Shown one piece after another: positions 36,331 to 44,478 of a stretch of DNA of 47,960 bases. A program made the translations under genes and the position numbers. The notes under the pieces are model-generated. The model made no database searches, was not told where the DNA came from, and saw only the letters and a program-made list of their open reading frames with translations. The stretch is from contig DAOVGE010000017.1 in NCBI GenBank assembly GCA_030672605.1, positions 1 to 47,960 on the forward strand, given 5' to 3'. The stretch comes from Methanosarcinales archaeon. Lineage in GTDB: Archaea; Halobacteriota; Methanosarcinia; Methanosarcinales; Methanogasteraceae. Within the stretch, counting starts at the first letter, position 1. Each line of letters opens with the position of its first letter.

Positions 36331-36536
36331 AACCTTTAATCAACATCGGGAAGAACGGAGTTACTGACCAGGTCATTGATGAGATCAGAGAGCAGATGAA
36401 TGGAAAAAGCGAAATCAAGATACGGATCCTCAAAAATGCGCCCGATAGCGCGTCTGTTGTCGCAGAAGAGGTTGCATCGAGGACCGGGTTCAAACTTGGG
36501 GATGTGCGCGGGCACACTGCGGTTCTTGCACGGTGA
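36327..36536 (+). CDS. YhbY/CRS1-type (CRM domain) RNA-binding protein
   Basis: 69 aa, MKPLINIGKNGVTDQVIDEIREQM...IKIRILKN. An ATGA overlap joins it to the Roadblock gene. Confidence 0.7.
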   Translation: MKPLINIGKNGVTDQVIDEIREQMNGKSEIKIRILKNAPDSASVVAEEVASRTGFKLGDVRGHTAVLAR

Positions 36537-36689
36537 TTGACATTCACTAACACGAAACGCAATCTATAGAAATCAGGTATGCGTCGGAGGGGGTGTCCGG
36601 GAGTCCGGCTTGTTGACGCCGGACGCATGGTGATTTTGGGAGTCGGGGGGATTTTGTGGAGACTTTTATTATCTTCGGGAATGGGTTCG

Positions 36690-36753
36690 GAAAACCACAT
36701 AGGACGCGGGGAACGCAGCAACTCTCTGTGCCCTCCGCGTCCTCTGTGGTTAA
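36690..36753. repeat. Family-5 palindromic repeat
   Basis: aaccacataggacgcggggaacgcag / ctctctgtgccctccgcgtcctctgtggtt inverted arms. Confidence 0.65.
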
Positions 36754-36798
36754 TCTTCTTTACCATAACCAGACACTGTCTGAAAATCAAGTGATTTG

Positions 36799-36873
36799 TC
36801 ACCGCGGAGGTTCGCGGAGGTTCGAGATCGTTTTCAACCCTCTGCGTGGCTATGCGCACTCTGCGGTGGAATC
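36799..36873. repeat. Family-5-like palindromic repeat
   Basis: caccgcggaggttcgcggaggttcgag ... ctctgcgtggctatgcgcactctgcggtg. Confidence 0.55.
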
Positions 36874-36948
36874 TACTGGTATGGCGATTTCACTGGAACA
36901 ATCGACCGTGCCCCATAACCCAAGTCACCCGGAAGAGATTAAAAATCC

Positions 36949-37131
36949 TGATTCTGATGGATTCTGTGGTTTCCAATCTTTGCGCCCTTGCGTCATCGCG
37001 TCTTTGCGTTCATCTGATCTAACGCAAGGTCGCAAAGGTATGAGAGACGCAAAGTTGAGAGAGATGCGCCCGCGTTTTTTTGCATACGCGAGGGAGCTAC
37101 CGTTAGCGACCACAGAAAACGTCAGAACCAG
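36949..37131 (+). mobile_element. MITE family 1, copy E
   Basis: tgattctgatggattctgtggtttcc ... gaccacagaaaacgtcagaaccag. Flanks are TAAAAATCC / TAAAAAGCC (8 of 9 identical). Confidence 0.85.
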
Positions 37132-37170
37132 TAAAAAGCCACATGTTGTGATGGTCGCTATCATGCCAGA

Positions 37171-37273
37171 CATTCGTGCAATTCGTACCATTCGTACCAT
37201 TCGTGTTCTAATGCTGCTGATTTTAAACAAAATATATAACGCAAATTTCACGAATGCCACGAATACCACGAAT
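37171..37273. repeat. Family-2 palindromic repeat directly upstream of kinase 1
   Basis: cATTCGTGcaATTCGTAccATTCGTAccATTCGTG, a loop containing aaaatatataac, then ttCACGAATgcCACGAATacCACGAAT. Confidence 0.8.
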
Positions 37274-37302
37274 TTGACTCTCACAGAGTTGTGGGGGGAT
37301 TT

Positions 37303-40140
37303 ATGAACAGTTTCGGATCGGCTGATAATAATAACAGCACGATCGTCCGCAAAGCCGCAGTCTCGATTCTCTTCGGGTTACTCGGCTTTGCAGTGAACTT
37401 CTACCCGATTGATTTCGTCTTTTATGGCTCTTATAAGATGAGCTTCCTGCTCGGTCTCGTATTTCCCATGCTGATAACGCTTGCGTGGGGCTGGCGATAC
37501 GGACTCCTCTCAGCGCTTGCCGGCGGCTGCCAGACGATGTGGATACTCTGGATGCCGGGAAGCGGCTACGGACCGTTCGTATCAGTGCCGCCGTTCACGC
37601 TCTGGATCGTCTGGCTCGGATGGTTCTCACGCACCAGCTACAACCGCAGATACGGAATCTATATCGGAGAGCTGATATTTCGCATCTTCAATACAGCCCT
37701 GCTCTACACCGCCTTCAGGTGGGTCTTCACACTGAACGTGCCCCCCGCAAACACAGTAATGCCGCTTGCGGTAACACACTCGATCGTCTTCAAGGAGGTG
37801 GTGAACGGGCTTTTCATCCTCTTTCTCGCACAAATGATCCTCCAGTCAAACACGGTCAGGCGACTCTTCAGACTGGCGGATGGCGAGGCAGACCCGCGTC
37901 ACACATACATCTACACAAACGCAATCATCCTCGGCAGCATGATGCTGATCTTCCTTGTATGCGAGGTGCATCTCTGGAACGACTGGGCGCCTGATTTCCG
38001 GAATGCCGCCCGCATACTCGGCATGCTATTTCTGATCCTAATAGGGATCCTCTGCACATACCTGGCAGCAGACGCCTTCGCACGGGCGAGGACCATTGAG
38101 ATTCGCCTGGCAAGTGAGCGCATCGAGCATTTGAACGGCGTACTGAAAGCCATCAGAAACGTGAACCAGTTGATAGTGGTTGAGAAGGAGAGGGACCGCC
38201 TTCTTGAGGGTGCGTGCGAGGTCTTAATCGAAGCGAGGGACTACGAAGCGGCATGGCTTGGATTCCTGAAGAGTGACGGGACGTTTGCAACAGTCGAGGG
38301 ATCCGGTTTTCCGGAAGAGGTCTCCTGCTTCTGCAAGCACGTGATGCACGACGACTGCCCGACTTGTATCAGAGATGCGCTCGCCCAAAAGGAGCCTCTG
38401 GTCATGGACCGGTCAAAAGACTGCGGAGATTGCTTCTTAAGAGAGCGATGCGCCGGCAAAGAATCCATAATCCTCCGTGTCGAGCACGATTGTAGACTCT
38501 TCGGGCTGCTTGCCATATTGCTCACATCTGATGCCACCGCAGACGATGAGGAGAAGGAACTCCTGAAAGAGGTTGCAGGAGATATGGCGTTCGCACTCCA
38601 CAACATGGAACTCGAAGAGGCACGAAAAATTGCGGAGAAGACGCTTGCAGAGAGTGAGCGGAAGTATCACCTGCTTGCAGACAACTCGATTGATTGTATC
38701 TGGCAGCTGAATCGCAACCTCGAATTCACGTATGTCAACCCTGCCATTCTCCGGATGTTCGGGTTCACACCGGATGAATGGATCGGAAGTTCGTTATCAG
38801 AATACTGTTCTCCTGAAGCACTGGAGTTTATGTCAGGTCTGGCAAAAGCGGAGCTTGCTAAGGGTCAGGAATTAACTATTGTGATATTTGAAACTCAGTT
38901 GTTTCATAAAAACGGTGGAACGGTTCCTGTCGAGATAACTAGCAGGGTGTTGTTCGACGAGGATGGAAATCCGGCAGGGTTTCAGGGGTCTGCCAGAGAC
39001 ATCACCGAGCGCAAAGAGGCTGAGGATGCACTCCGGGAGAGTGAGGCGCAATTCCGCAACCTGCTTGAGTGCGTCCCGAACGTGGCTGTGTATGGGTACG
39101 GACCCAATGGCACAATCCACTACTGGAATAAGGCGAGTGAGGCAGTGTACGGCTACACAGGAGGGGATGCGATCGGCAAAAACATTTTTGACCTGATAAT
39201 TCCGCCAGAGCTACGAGATGTGATGCGTGAGGCGATCGAGCATGGCGCTCAAACAGGGGAGATGCCAGCGCCATCCGAACTGTCACTCATGCGCAAGGAT
39301 GGTGTGCTTGCTCCCGTGTTCTCGAGCCACGTCGTTTTGAAGCGGCACGGACGCGAGCCCGAACTCTTCAGCGTCGATGTTGATCTGGTCGAGCGCAGGT
39401 ATGTTGAAGCGCGGTTGAGGCGGGCGGTTGATGACCTCAAGCGTTCAAATGAAGAACTGGAGCAGTTCGCGTATGTCGCATCTCATGACCTGCAGGAGCC
39501 GCTGCGCATGGTCTCGAGTTACATGCAGCTTCTGAAGCGGCGCTACGAGGGTAAGCTTGATTCTGATGCCGACGATTTTATAGAGTTTGCCGTGGACGGC
39601 GCAAGCCGCATGCAGACGCTGATTCAGGATTTGCTGATTTATTCGCGTGTGGGCACGCGTGGCAAGCCGTTTGAGCCAACCAACTGCGAGGACGTGCTTG
39701 GGCAGGTGCTCATGAATCTGGCGATCGCTATTGATGAGAGCGGTGCTGTTGTGACTCATAATCCGCTGCCAACGGTTGCGGCTGATTCCTCGCAACTTGC
39801 ACAGCTCTTCCAGAACCTGATCGGGAATGCAATCAAGTTCCATGGCGATGAGCCTCCGCGTGTTCATGTCGCAGCAGAGCAAAAAGGCGACGAGTGGGAG
39901 TTCTCGGTCGCGGACAATGGAATCGGGATCTCGCCTGAGTTCTTTGAGCGCATATTTGTGATATTCCAGCGCCTGCACGGCAGGGACGAGTATTCGGGAA
40001 CCGGGATCGGTCTTGCGGTCTGCAAGAAGATTGTGGAGAGGCACGGCGGCAGGATGTGGGTGGAATCAGAGCAGGGCAAGGGGACGACGTTCTACTTCAC
40101 GATTCCTGCAGTCGCAACAGATGGTGGTGTTTGGGAATGA
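37303..40140 (+). CDS. Membrane sensor histidine kinase 1 (multi-TM N-domain, Cys-rich GAF-like, 2 PAS, HisKA, HATPase_c)
   Basis: About 8 TM helices; a GAF-like block NGVLKAIRNVNQLIVVEKERDRLL; PAS blocks; H-box FAYVASHDLQEPLR; N/G boxes NLIGNAIKFH and GTGIGLAVCKKIVERHGG. GTG 37291 is an alternative start. Confidence 0.9.
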   Translation: MNSFGSADNNNSTIVRKAAVSILFGLLGFAVNFYPIDFVFYGSYKMSFLLGLVFPMLITLAWGWRYGLLSALAGGCQTMWILWMPGSGYGPFVSVPPFTLWIVWLGWFSRTSYNRRYGIYIGELIFRIFNTALLYTAFRWVFTLNVPPANTVMPLAVTHSIVFKEVVNGLFILFLAQMILQSNTVRRLFRLADGEADPRHTYIYTNAIILGSMMLIFLVCEVHLWNDWAPDFRNAARILGMLFLILIGILCTYLAADAFARARTIEIRLASERIEHLNGVLKAIRNVNQLIVVEKERDRLLEGACEVLIEARDYEAAWLGFLKSDGTFATVEGSGFPEEVSCFCKHVMHDDCPTCIRDALAQKEPLVMDRSKDCGDCFLRERCAGKESIILRVEHDCRLFGLLAILLTSDATADDEEKELLKEVAGDMAFALHNMELEEARKIAEKTLAESERKYHLLADNSIDCIWQLNRNLEFTYVNPAILRMFGFTPDEWIGSSLSEYCSPEALEFMSGLAKAELAKGQELTIVIFETQLFHKNGGTVPVEITSRVLFDEDGNPAGFQGSARDITERKEAEDALRESEAQFRNLLECVPNVAVYGYGPNGTIHYWNKASEAVYGYTGGDAIGKNIFDLIIPPELRDVMREAIEHGAQTGEMPAPSELSLMRKDGVLAPVFSSHVVLKRHGREPELFSVDVDLVERRYVEARLRRAVDDLKRSNEELEQFAYVASHDLQEPLRMVSSYMQLLKRRYEGKLDSDADDFIEFAVDGASRMQTLIQDLLIYSRVGTRGKPFEPTNCEDVLGQVLMNLAIAIDESGAVVTHNPLPTVAADSSQLAQLFQNLIGNAIKFHGDEPPRVHVAAEQKGDEWEFSVADNGIGISPEFFERIFVIFQRLHGRDEYSGTGIGLAVCKKIVERHGGRMWVESEQGKGTTFYFTIPAVATDGGVWE

Positions 40141-41519
40141 AAAGGATAGTGATCTTCTGTGTTTTGCTATTTATCATCTCAAGCGGATGTGTAACCGAAG
40201 AAAAACCAACCATGGAGAAGAGAACCGGCGTTAATGCGACATCATCCCATAGCCCGGATAGCAAAGTGAACTGGATGGGGCACTGGCTCATGGATCATGA
40301 CCGCGAAACCCTTGTCCGAGAGGTTGCTCAGGACTTCGAGCTAATGAATCCGGATATAGACGTCAATCTCGAATACCCCCAGCAGATAATGGGCGTGCGC
40401 AGCAGGGAGGAGGTAGGCAAATATATTGCCCGGATGATAACGACTGGCGATATGGAATGGGACGTCGTCTGGATAGATGATGTCATCTACCAGTATACCG
40501 CAGAAGAACTGGGTGATCCGGATTGGGGCGAGAAATACCTTGTGAATTTCGAGAATGTAGAAGGTTTCAAGGAAACACAGAAATCGTTCATCATAGATGA
40601 CCCAGTTTATAGAAAACAGACCGGAGGTATTATAGTAGGTCCGTATATCGAGGGTTATTACTATGTGATTTATTATAATAAAGATGTTGCAGAAAAGATG
40701 GGTATCGAAGTGAAGCAATACGGCATGACATTCGGAGATCTGTTGGGGTATGTCAGGGAAGTTGAAGAGTACAACCAGGAGCACAATACGAGTATCGCTA
40801 CAATATATGAAAGCAAAAATTATATAACTACTGAACTATTATTTCAGAACCTCCTTAAATCCGAACTCGGCGATTTTAACGAAGCCAAAGAAGAAACTGG
40901 TTCGGCAGAGAAGAACGCAGCGCTCTTAAAGACTCTTCAGGCTTTTGAAGAGCTGGGGATGTATGATCCATTGATAGATTCCCACAAGAATAATACATGG
41001 TACCAGACCAGGCATCTCGTATTGGACGATGAGTGCCTCTTCTATGTAAATGGAGTCTGGATGTACAGCCACTGGATGAGTATGGACGAGGAACAGACGA
41101 GAAAGATGGTTCCTGCCGAACTCCCTGTATTTCAGGAGACCGATTACTATCTCGGAGGTTACATCCCGACATGGGCTGTTATGAAGTACGCTCCGAACAG
41201 GGACGAAGGAATCAGGCTTCTTATGTTCTGGAGCACGCCAATTGTCGCTGAGAAATGGGTGCGCTACGCAAAAGCCCCGACCGGACTGGTTGGTCATCTC
41301 AGCACCTCTGATCAGGCAGATGATGTGTTTACACAGTTTCAGTCGGCAATCACAGACCGGTACGGCGGAAATATCCATTACAGCGCGAATGCAGGCTACA
41401 TCTTCGGAGAAGAGAACCGGCTTTTACAGGATGATCTGAATGAGAAGATCATACAGCTGCTGGATGGTGAGATGACCGCAGAGCAGGCTTATGAAGAGAT
41501 TATGGGGCTGGTTGAATGA
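40137..41519 (+). CDS. Lipoprotein, solute-binding-protein-like (SBP paralogue 1)
   Basis: Signal/lipobox MKRIVIFCVLLFIISSGC, and about 460 aa, the size of a type-1 extracellular solute-binding protein. ATGA overlaps join it to the genes on both sides. The family call is tentative. Confidence 0.6.
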   Translation: MKRIVIFCVLLFIISSGCVTEEKPTMEKRTGVNATSSHSPDSKVNWMGHWLMDHDRETLVREVAQDFELMNPDIDVNLEYPQQIMGVRSREEVGKYIARMITTGDMEWDVVWIDDVIYQYTAEELGDPDWGEKYLVNFENVEGFKETQKSFIIDDPVYRKQTGGIIVGPYIEGYYYVIYYNKDVAEKMGIEVKQYGMTFGDLLGYVREVEEYNQEHNTSIATIYESKNYITTELLFQNLLKSELGDFNEAKEETGSAEKNAALLKTLQAFEELGMYDPLIDSHKNNTWYQTRHLVLDDECLFYVNGVWMYSHWMSMDEEQTRKMVPAELPVFQETDYYLGGYIPTWAVMKYAPNRDEGIRLLMFWSTPIVAEKWVRYAKAPTGLVGHLSTSDQADDVFTQFQSAITDRYGGNIHYSANAGYIFGEENRLLQDDLNEKIIQLLDGEMTAEQAYEEIMGLVE

Positions 41520-43057
41520 AGCGCGAACACAAGGGTAGGGAAAACAGGCGTCATCTCAGTCTGAGCTGGAAGATAATTCTGCTTACCATGGTTCCTTTCC
41601 TTATGGTCCTGATAGTCTTAAGCGCACTAACCATCCATGATAAGACCCAGAACGAGCGGGATCTCGTACTGAATAGAATCGATTCGTACGTCAATTTGCT
41701 TGAAAGCGGCGATCTGAGTTTTGAGAGTGTTCGGCAAAAGGAAAAATTGGAAAAGATGTTCGATGAGCGGGTTATATCGTCTGAGCTCATCGGGCGGGGC
41801 GGAAGCGTCGTCTATGCCGCAGGCACCCCGGAACATGAGGTTGATCCGAAACTGATCGAGACTGCGTTCGGGGGTTTCACGGTGACCTACACTATATATC
41901 ACGAAACTCCGGTTCTCATCTCGTTGTATCCGATTATCGTCGAAGAGACTGTAGTTGGAGTCCTTCACCTCGAACTCTCGTTTGAGCGGTCAAATGAGAG
42001 AATCAAGAAATACACGTTCTTTATTCTCCTGCTGAACGCTTACGGTCTGGTTGCTTCGTTCCTGCTGGTCCGGTTCCTCTCGCAGCGAATCGTGATAAGC
42101 CGGATTGAGGCGTTGACTGACATGTCCTCTGAGATCGGCAAAGGAAACCTGCAACACCGGTTGGATATCCGCTCAAACGATGAGCTTGGAATCCTTGCAT
42201 CGGCGTTCAACGATATGGCAGGGGAACTCGGGGAACGAAAGCGGCAACTGGACGAGGAGAGGAGCAAGGTTCTTGATAAGGTGGAGGAACTGGAAGAGCA
42301 GATCACCCGGCGTGAAACTGCGGAGGAAGAGCTGAAACGAACTGTAACTGACCTCAGGCGCTCCAACGCCGAACTCGAGCAGTTCGCGTATGTCGCATCT
42401 CATGATCTACAGGAGCCGCTGCGCATGGTATCAAGCTACATGCAGCTTCTGAAGCGGCGATACGTTGGCAAACTCGATTCTGATGCAGACGATTTCATCG
42501 GGTTTGCCGTAGACGGGGCAAAACGGATGCAGGTGCTGATCAATGACCTGCTGGTCTATTCGCGTGTTGGAACACGCGGGAAGCCGTTTGAACTGACAAA
42601 CTGCGAGGACGTGCTTAGTCAGGTGCTCGTGAATCTGGAAGTTGCTATCGATGAGAGCGGTGCAGTGGTTACTCACGATTTGCTGCCAACGGTTGCGGCT
42701 GATTCCTCGCAACTTGCACAGCTCTTCCAGAACCTGATCGGAAACGCAATCAAGTTCCATGGCGAGGGTGCGCCGCGTGTTCATGTCGCAGCAGAGCAGA
42801 AAGATGGTGAATGGCTATTCTTTGTTGCTGATAATGGCATCGGAATTGGGGATGAGTTCTTTGAGCGCATCTTTGTGATATTCCAGCGTCTGCACGGCAG
42901 GGACGAGTATTCGGGAACCGGGATCGGTCTTGCGGTCTGCAAGAAGATCGTGGAGCGGCATGGTGGCAGGATGTGGGTTAAATCAGAGCAGGGCGAGGGG
43001 GCGACGTTCTACTTCACGATTCCTGCGGTCGCAACAGAAGGCGGTGTTCAGGAATGA
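41516..43057 (+). CDS. Sensor histidine kinase 2 (TM, periplasmic domain, TM, HAMP, HisKA, HATPase_c)
   Basis: TM1 WKIILLTMVPFLMVLIVLSALTI, TM2 FFILLLNAYGLVASFLLVRFL, HAMP ...SNDELGILASAFNDMAGEL, and H-box FAYVASHDLQEPLR. The transmitter is nearly identical to that of kinase 1. Confidence 0.9.
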   Translation: MKREHKGRENRRHLSLSWKIILLTMVPFLMVLIVLSALTIHDKTQNERDLVLNRIDSYVNLLESGDLSFESVRQKEKLEKMFDERVISSELIGRGGSVVYAAGTPEHEVDPKLIETAFGGFTVTYTIYHETPVLISLYPIIVEETVVGVLHLELSFERSNERIKKYTFFILLLNAYGLVASFLLVRFLSQRIVISRIEALTDMSSEIGKGNLQHRLDIRSNDELGILASAFNDMAGELGERKRQLDEERSKVLDKVEELEEQITRRETAEEELKRTVTDLRRSNAELEQFAYVASHDLQEPLRMVSSYMQLLKRRYVGKLDSDADDFIGFAVDGAKRMQVLINDLLVYSRVGTRGKPFELTNCEDVLSQVLVNLEVAIDESGAVVTHDLLPTVAADSSQLAQLFQNLIGNAIKFHGEGAPRVHVAAEQKDGEWLFFVADNGIGIGDEFFERIFVIFQRLHGRDEYSGTGIGLAVCKKIVERHGGRMWVKSEQGEGATFYFTIPAVATEGGVQE

Positions 43058-44478
43058 GAAGGGTGGTGTTCTTCTGTGTTTTATTATTCCTCATCTCAAG
43101 CGGATGCGTAACAGAAGAAAAACCAACCATAGAGAAGAGAACCGACGTTAATCTGACATCAGCTCATGGTTCGGATAAAGAAGTGAACTGGATGGGGCAC
43201 TGGCTTTCCGAATATGGTCGAGAGACCCTTGTGCAGGAGGTTTTTCAGGACTTCGAGCTGATGAATCCAGATATCGATCTCAATCTCAAATATCCACAGC
43301 AAATCATGGGACTGCGTAGTAAACAGGAGACGGCTAAATATATTGCCCGTATGATAACGACCGGAAATATCGAGTGGGATGTCGTCTGGATGGATGATGG
43401 CATATACCAGTTTACCGCAGAAGAACTGGGCGATCCGGGATGGGGGGAAAAATACCTTGTGAATTTTGAGGATGTGGAAGGTTTCAAGAAAACACAGAAA
43501 TCGTTCATCATAGATGACCCTGTTTACAGAAAGCAGACCAGTGGCATTATAGTGGGTCCGTATATCGAGGGTTATTACTATGTGATCTATTATAATAAAG
43601 ATGTTGCAGAAAAGATGGGCATCGAAGTGAAGCAATATAACATGACCTTCGACGATCTTCTGGGGTATGTCAGGGAAGTCGAAGAGTATAACCATGGGCA
43701 CAATACGGATATCGCCGCATTCTATGAAAGCGAAAATTGGATAACTACTGAAATATTATTCCAGAACCTCTTTAAATCTGAACTCGGAGATTTTAGCGAA
43801 GTCAAAGAAGAGACAGGCTCGGAAGAGAAGAACGCAGCTCTATTAAAGACTCTTCAGGCTTTTGAAGAGCTTGGAAAATACGATCCATTGATAGACGCCC
43901 ACAAGAATAATACATGGTACCAGACCCGGCGTCTCGTATTGGACGATGAGTGCCTTTTCTATGTAAACGGCATCTGGATGTACAGCCACTGGATGGGGAT
44001 AGACCAGGAAAAGACGGCAAAGATGGTTCCTGCCAGATTGCCCGTATTTCAGGAGACTGACTACTATCTGGGAGGGTACATCCCGACATGGGCTGTTATG
44101 AAGGACGCTCCGAACAGGGAAGAAGGAATCAGGCTTCTAATGTTCTGGAGCACGCCACTTGTCGCTGAGAAATGGGTGCGCTACGCAAAAGCCCCGACCG
44201 GCATGGTGGGTCATGTGAGTACATCTGATTCGGCAGATGACCCGTTTGAGCAATTCCAGGCAGCAATCACTGAAAAATACGGCGGAAATGTCCATTACAG
44301 CGCGAATGCGGGCTACATCTTCGGAGAAGAGAACCGACTTTTACAGGATGATCTGAATAAGAAGATCATACGGCTGCTGGATGGCGAGATGACCGCAGAG
44401 CAGGCTTATGAAGAGATTATGGGGCTGGTTGAATGGAGAGTGAACATGTGGGGGGACAACGATGAGTACGTGGAGTAA
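43054..44478 (+). CDS. Lipoprotein, solute-binding-protein-like (SBP paralogue 2)
   Basis: MRRVVFFCVLLFLISSGCVTEEKPTIEKRT... is collinear with paralogue 1 throughout. It has 13 extra C-terminal codons because the ancestral TGA is TGG here. Confidence 0.6.
   Translation: MRRVVFFCVLLFLISSGCVTEEKPTIEKRTDVNLTSAHGSDKEVNWMGHWLSEYGRETLVQEVFQDFELMNPDIDLNLKYPQQIMGLRSKQETAKYIARMITTGNIEWDVVWMDDGIYQFTAEELGDPGWGEKYLVNFEDVEGFKKTQKSFIIDDPVYRKQTSGIIVGPYIEGYYYVIYYNKDVAEKMGIEVKQYNMTFDDLLGYVREVEEYNHGHNTDIAAFYESENWITTEILFQNLFKSELGDFSEVKEETGSEEKNAALLKTLQAFEELGKYDPLIDAHKNNTWYQTRRLVLDDECLFYVNGIWMYSHWMGIDQEKTAKMVPARLPVFQETDYYLGGYIPTWAVMKDAPNREEGIRLLMFWSTPLVAEKWVRYAKAPTGMVGHVSTSDSADDPFEQFQAAITEKYGGNVHYSANAGYIFGEENRLLQDDLNKKIIRLLDGEMTAEQAYEEIMGLVEWRVNMWGDNDEYVE

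Noticed and set aside
36062-36859. 265-aa minus-strand ORF.
   Set aside because: It is antisense to the Roadblock and YhbY genes and extends into repeat DNA. Its Arg/Ser/Pro-rich composition marks it as a shadow ORF.
36656-37306. 216-aa plus-strand ORF, and similar ORFs at 20192-20512, 20797-21033, 33545-33802, 25309-25596, 25475-25789 and 36925-37284.
   Set aside because: They are read-throughs of family-5, MITE-1 and family-2 repeats. The same peptide strings (DSDGFCGFQSLRPCVIASLRSSDLTQG...) recur wherever a MITE copy lies, in either orientation. There is no independent coding evidence.
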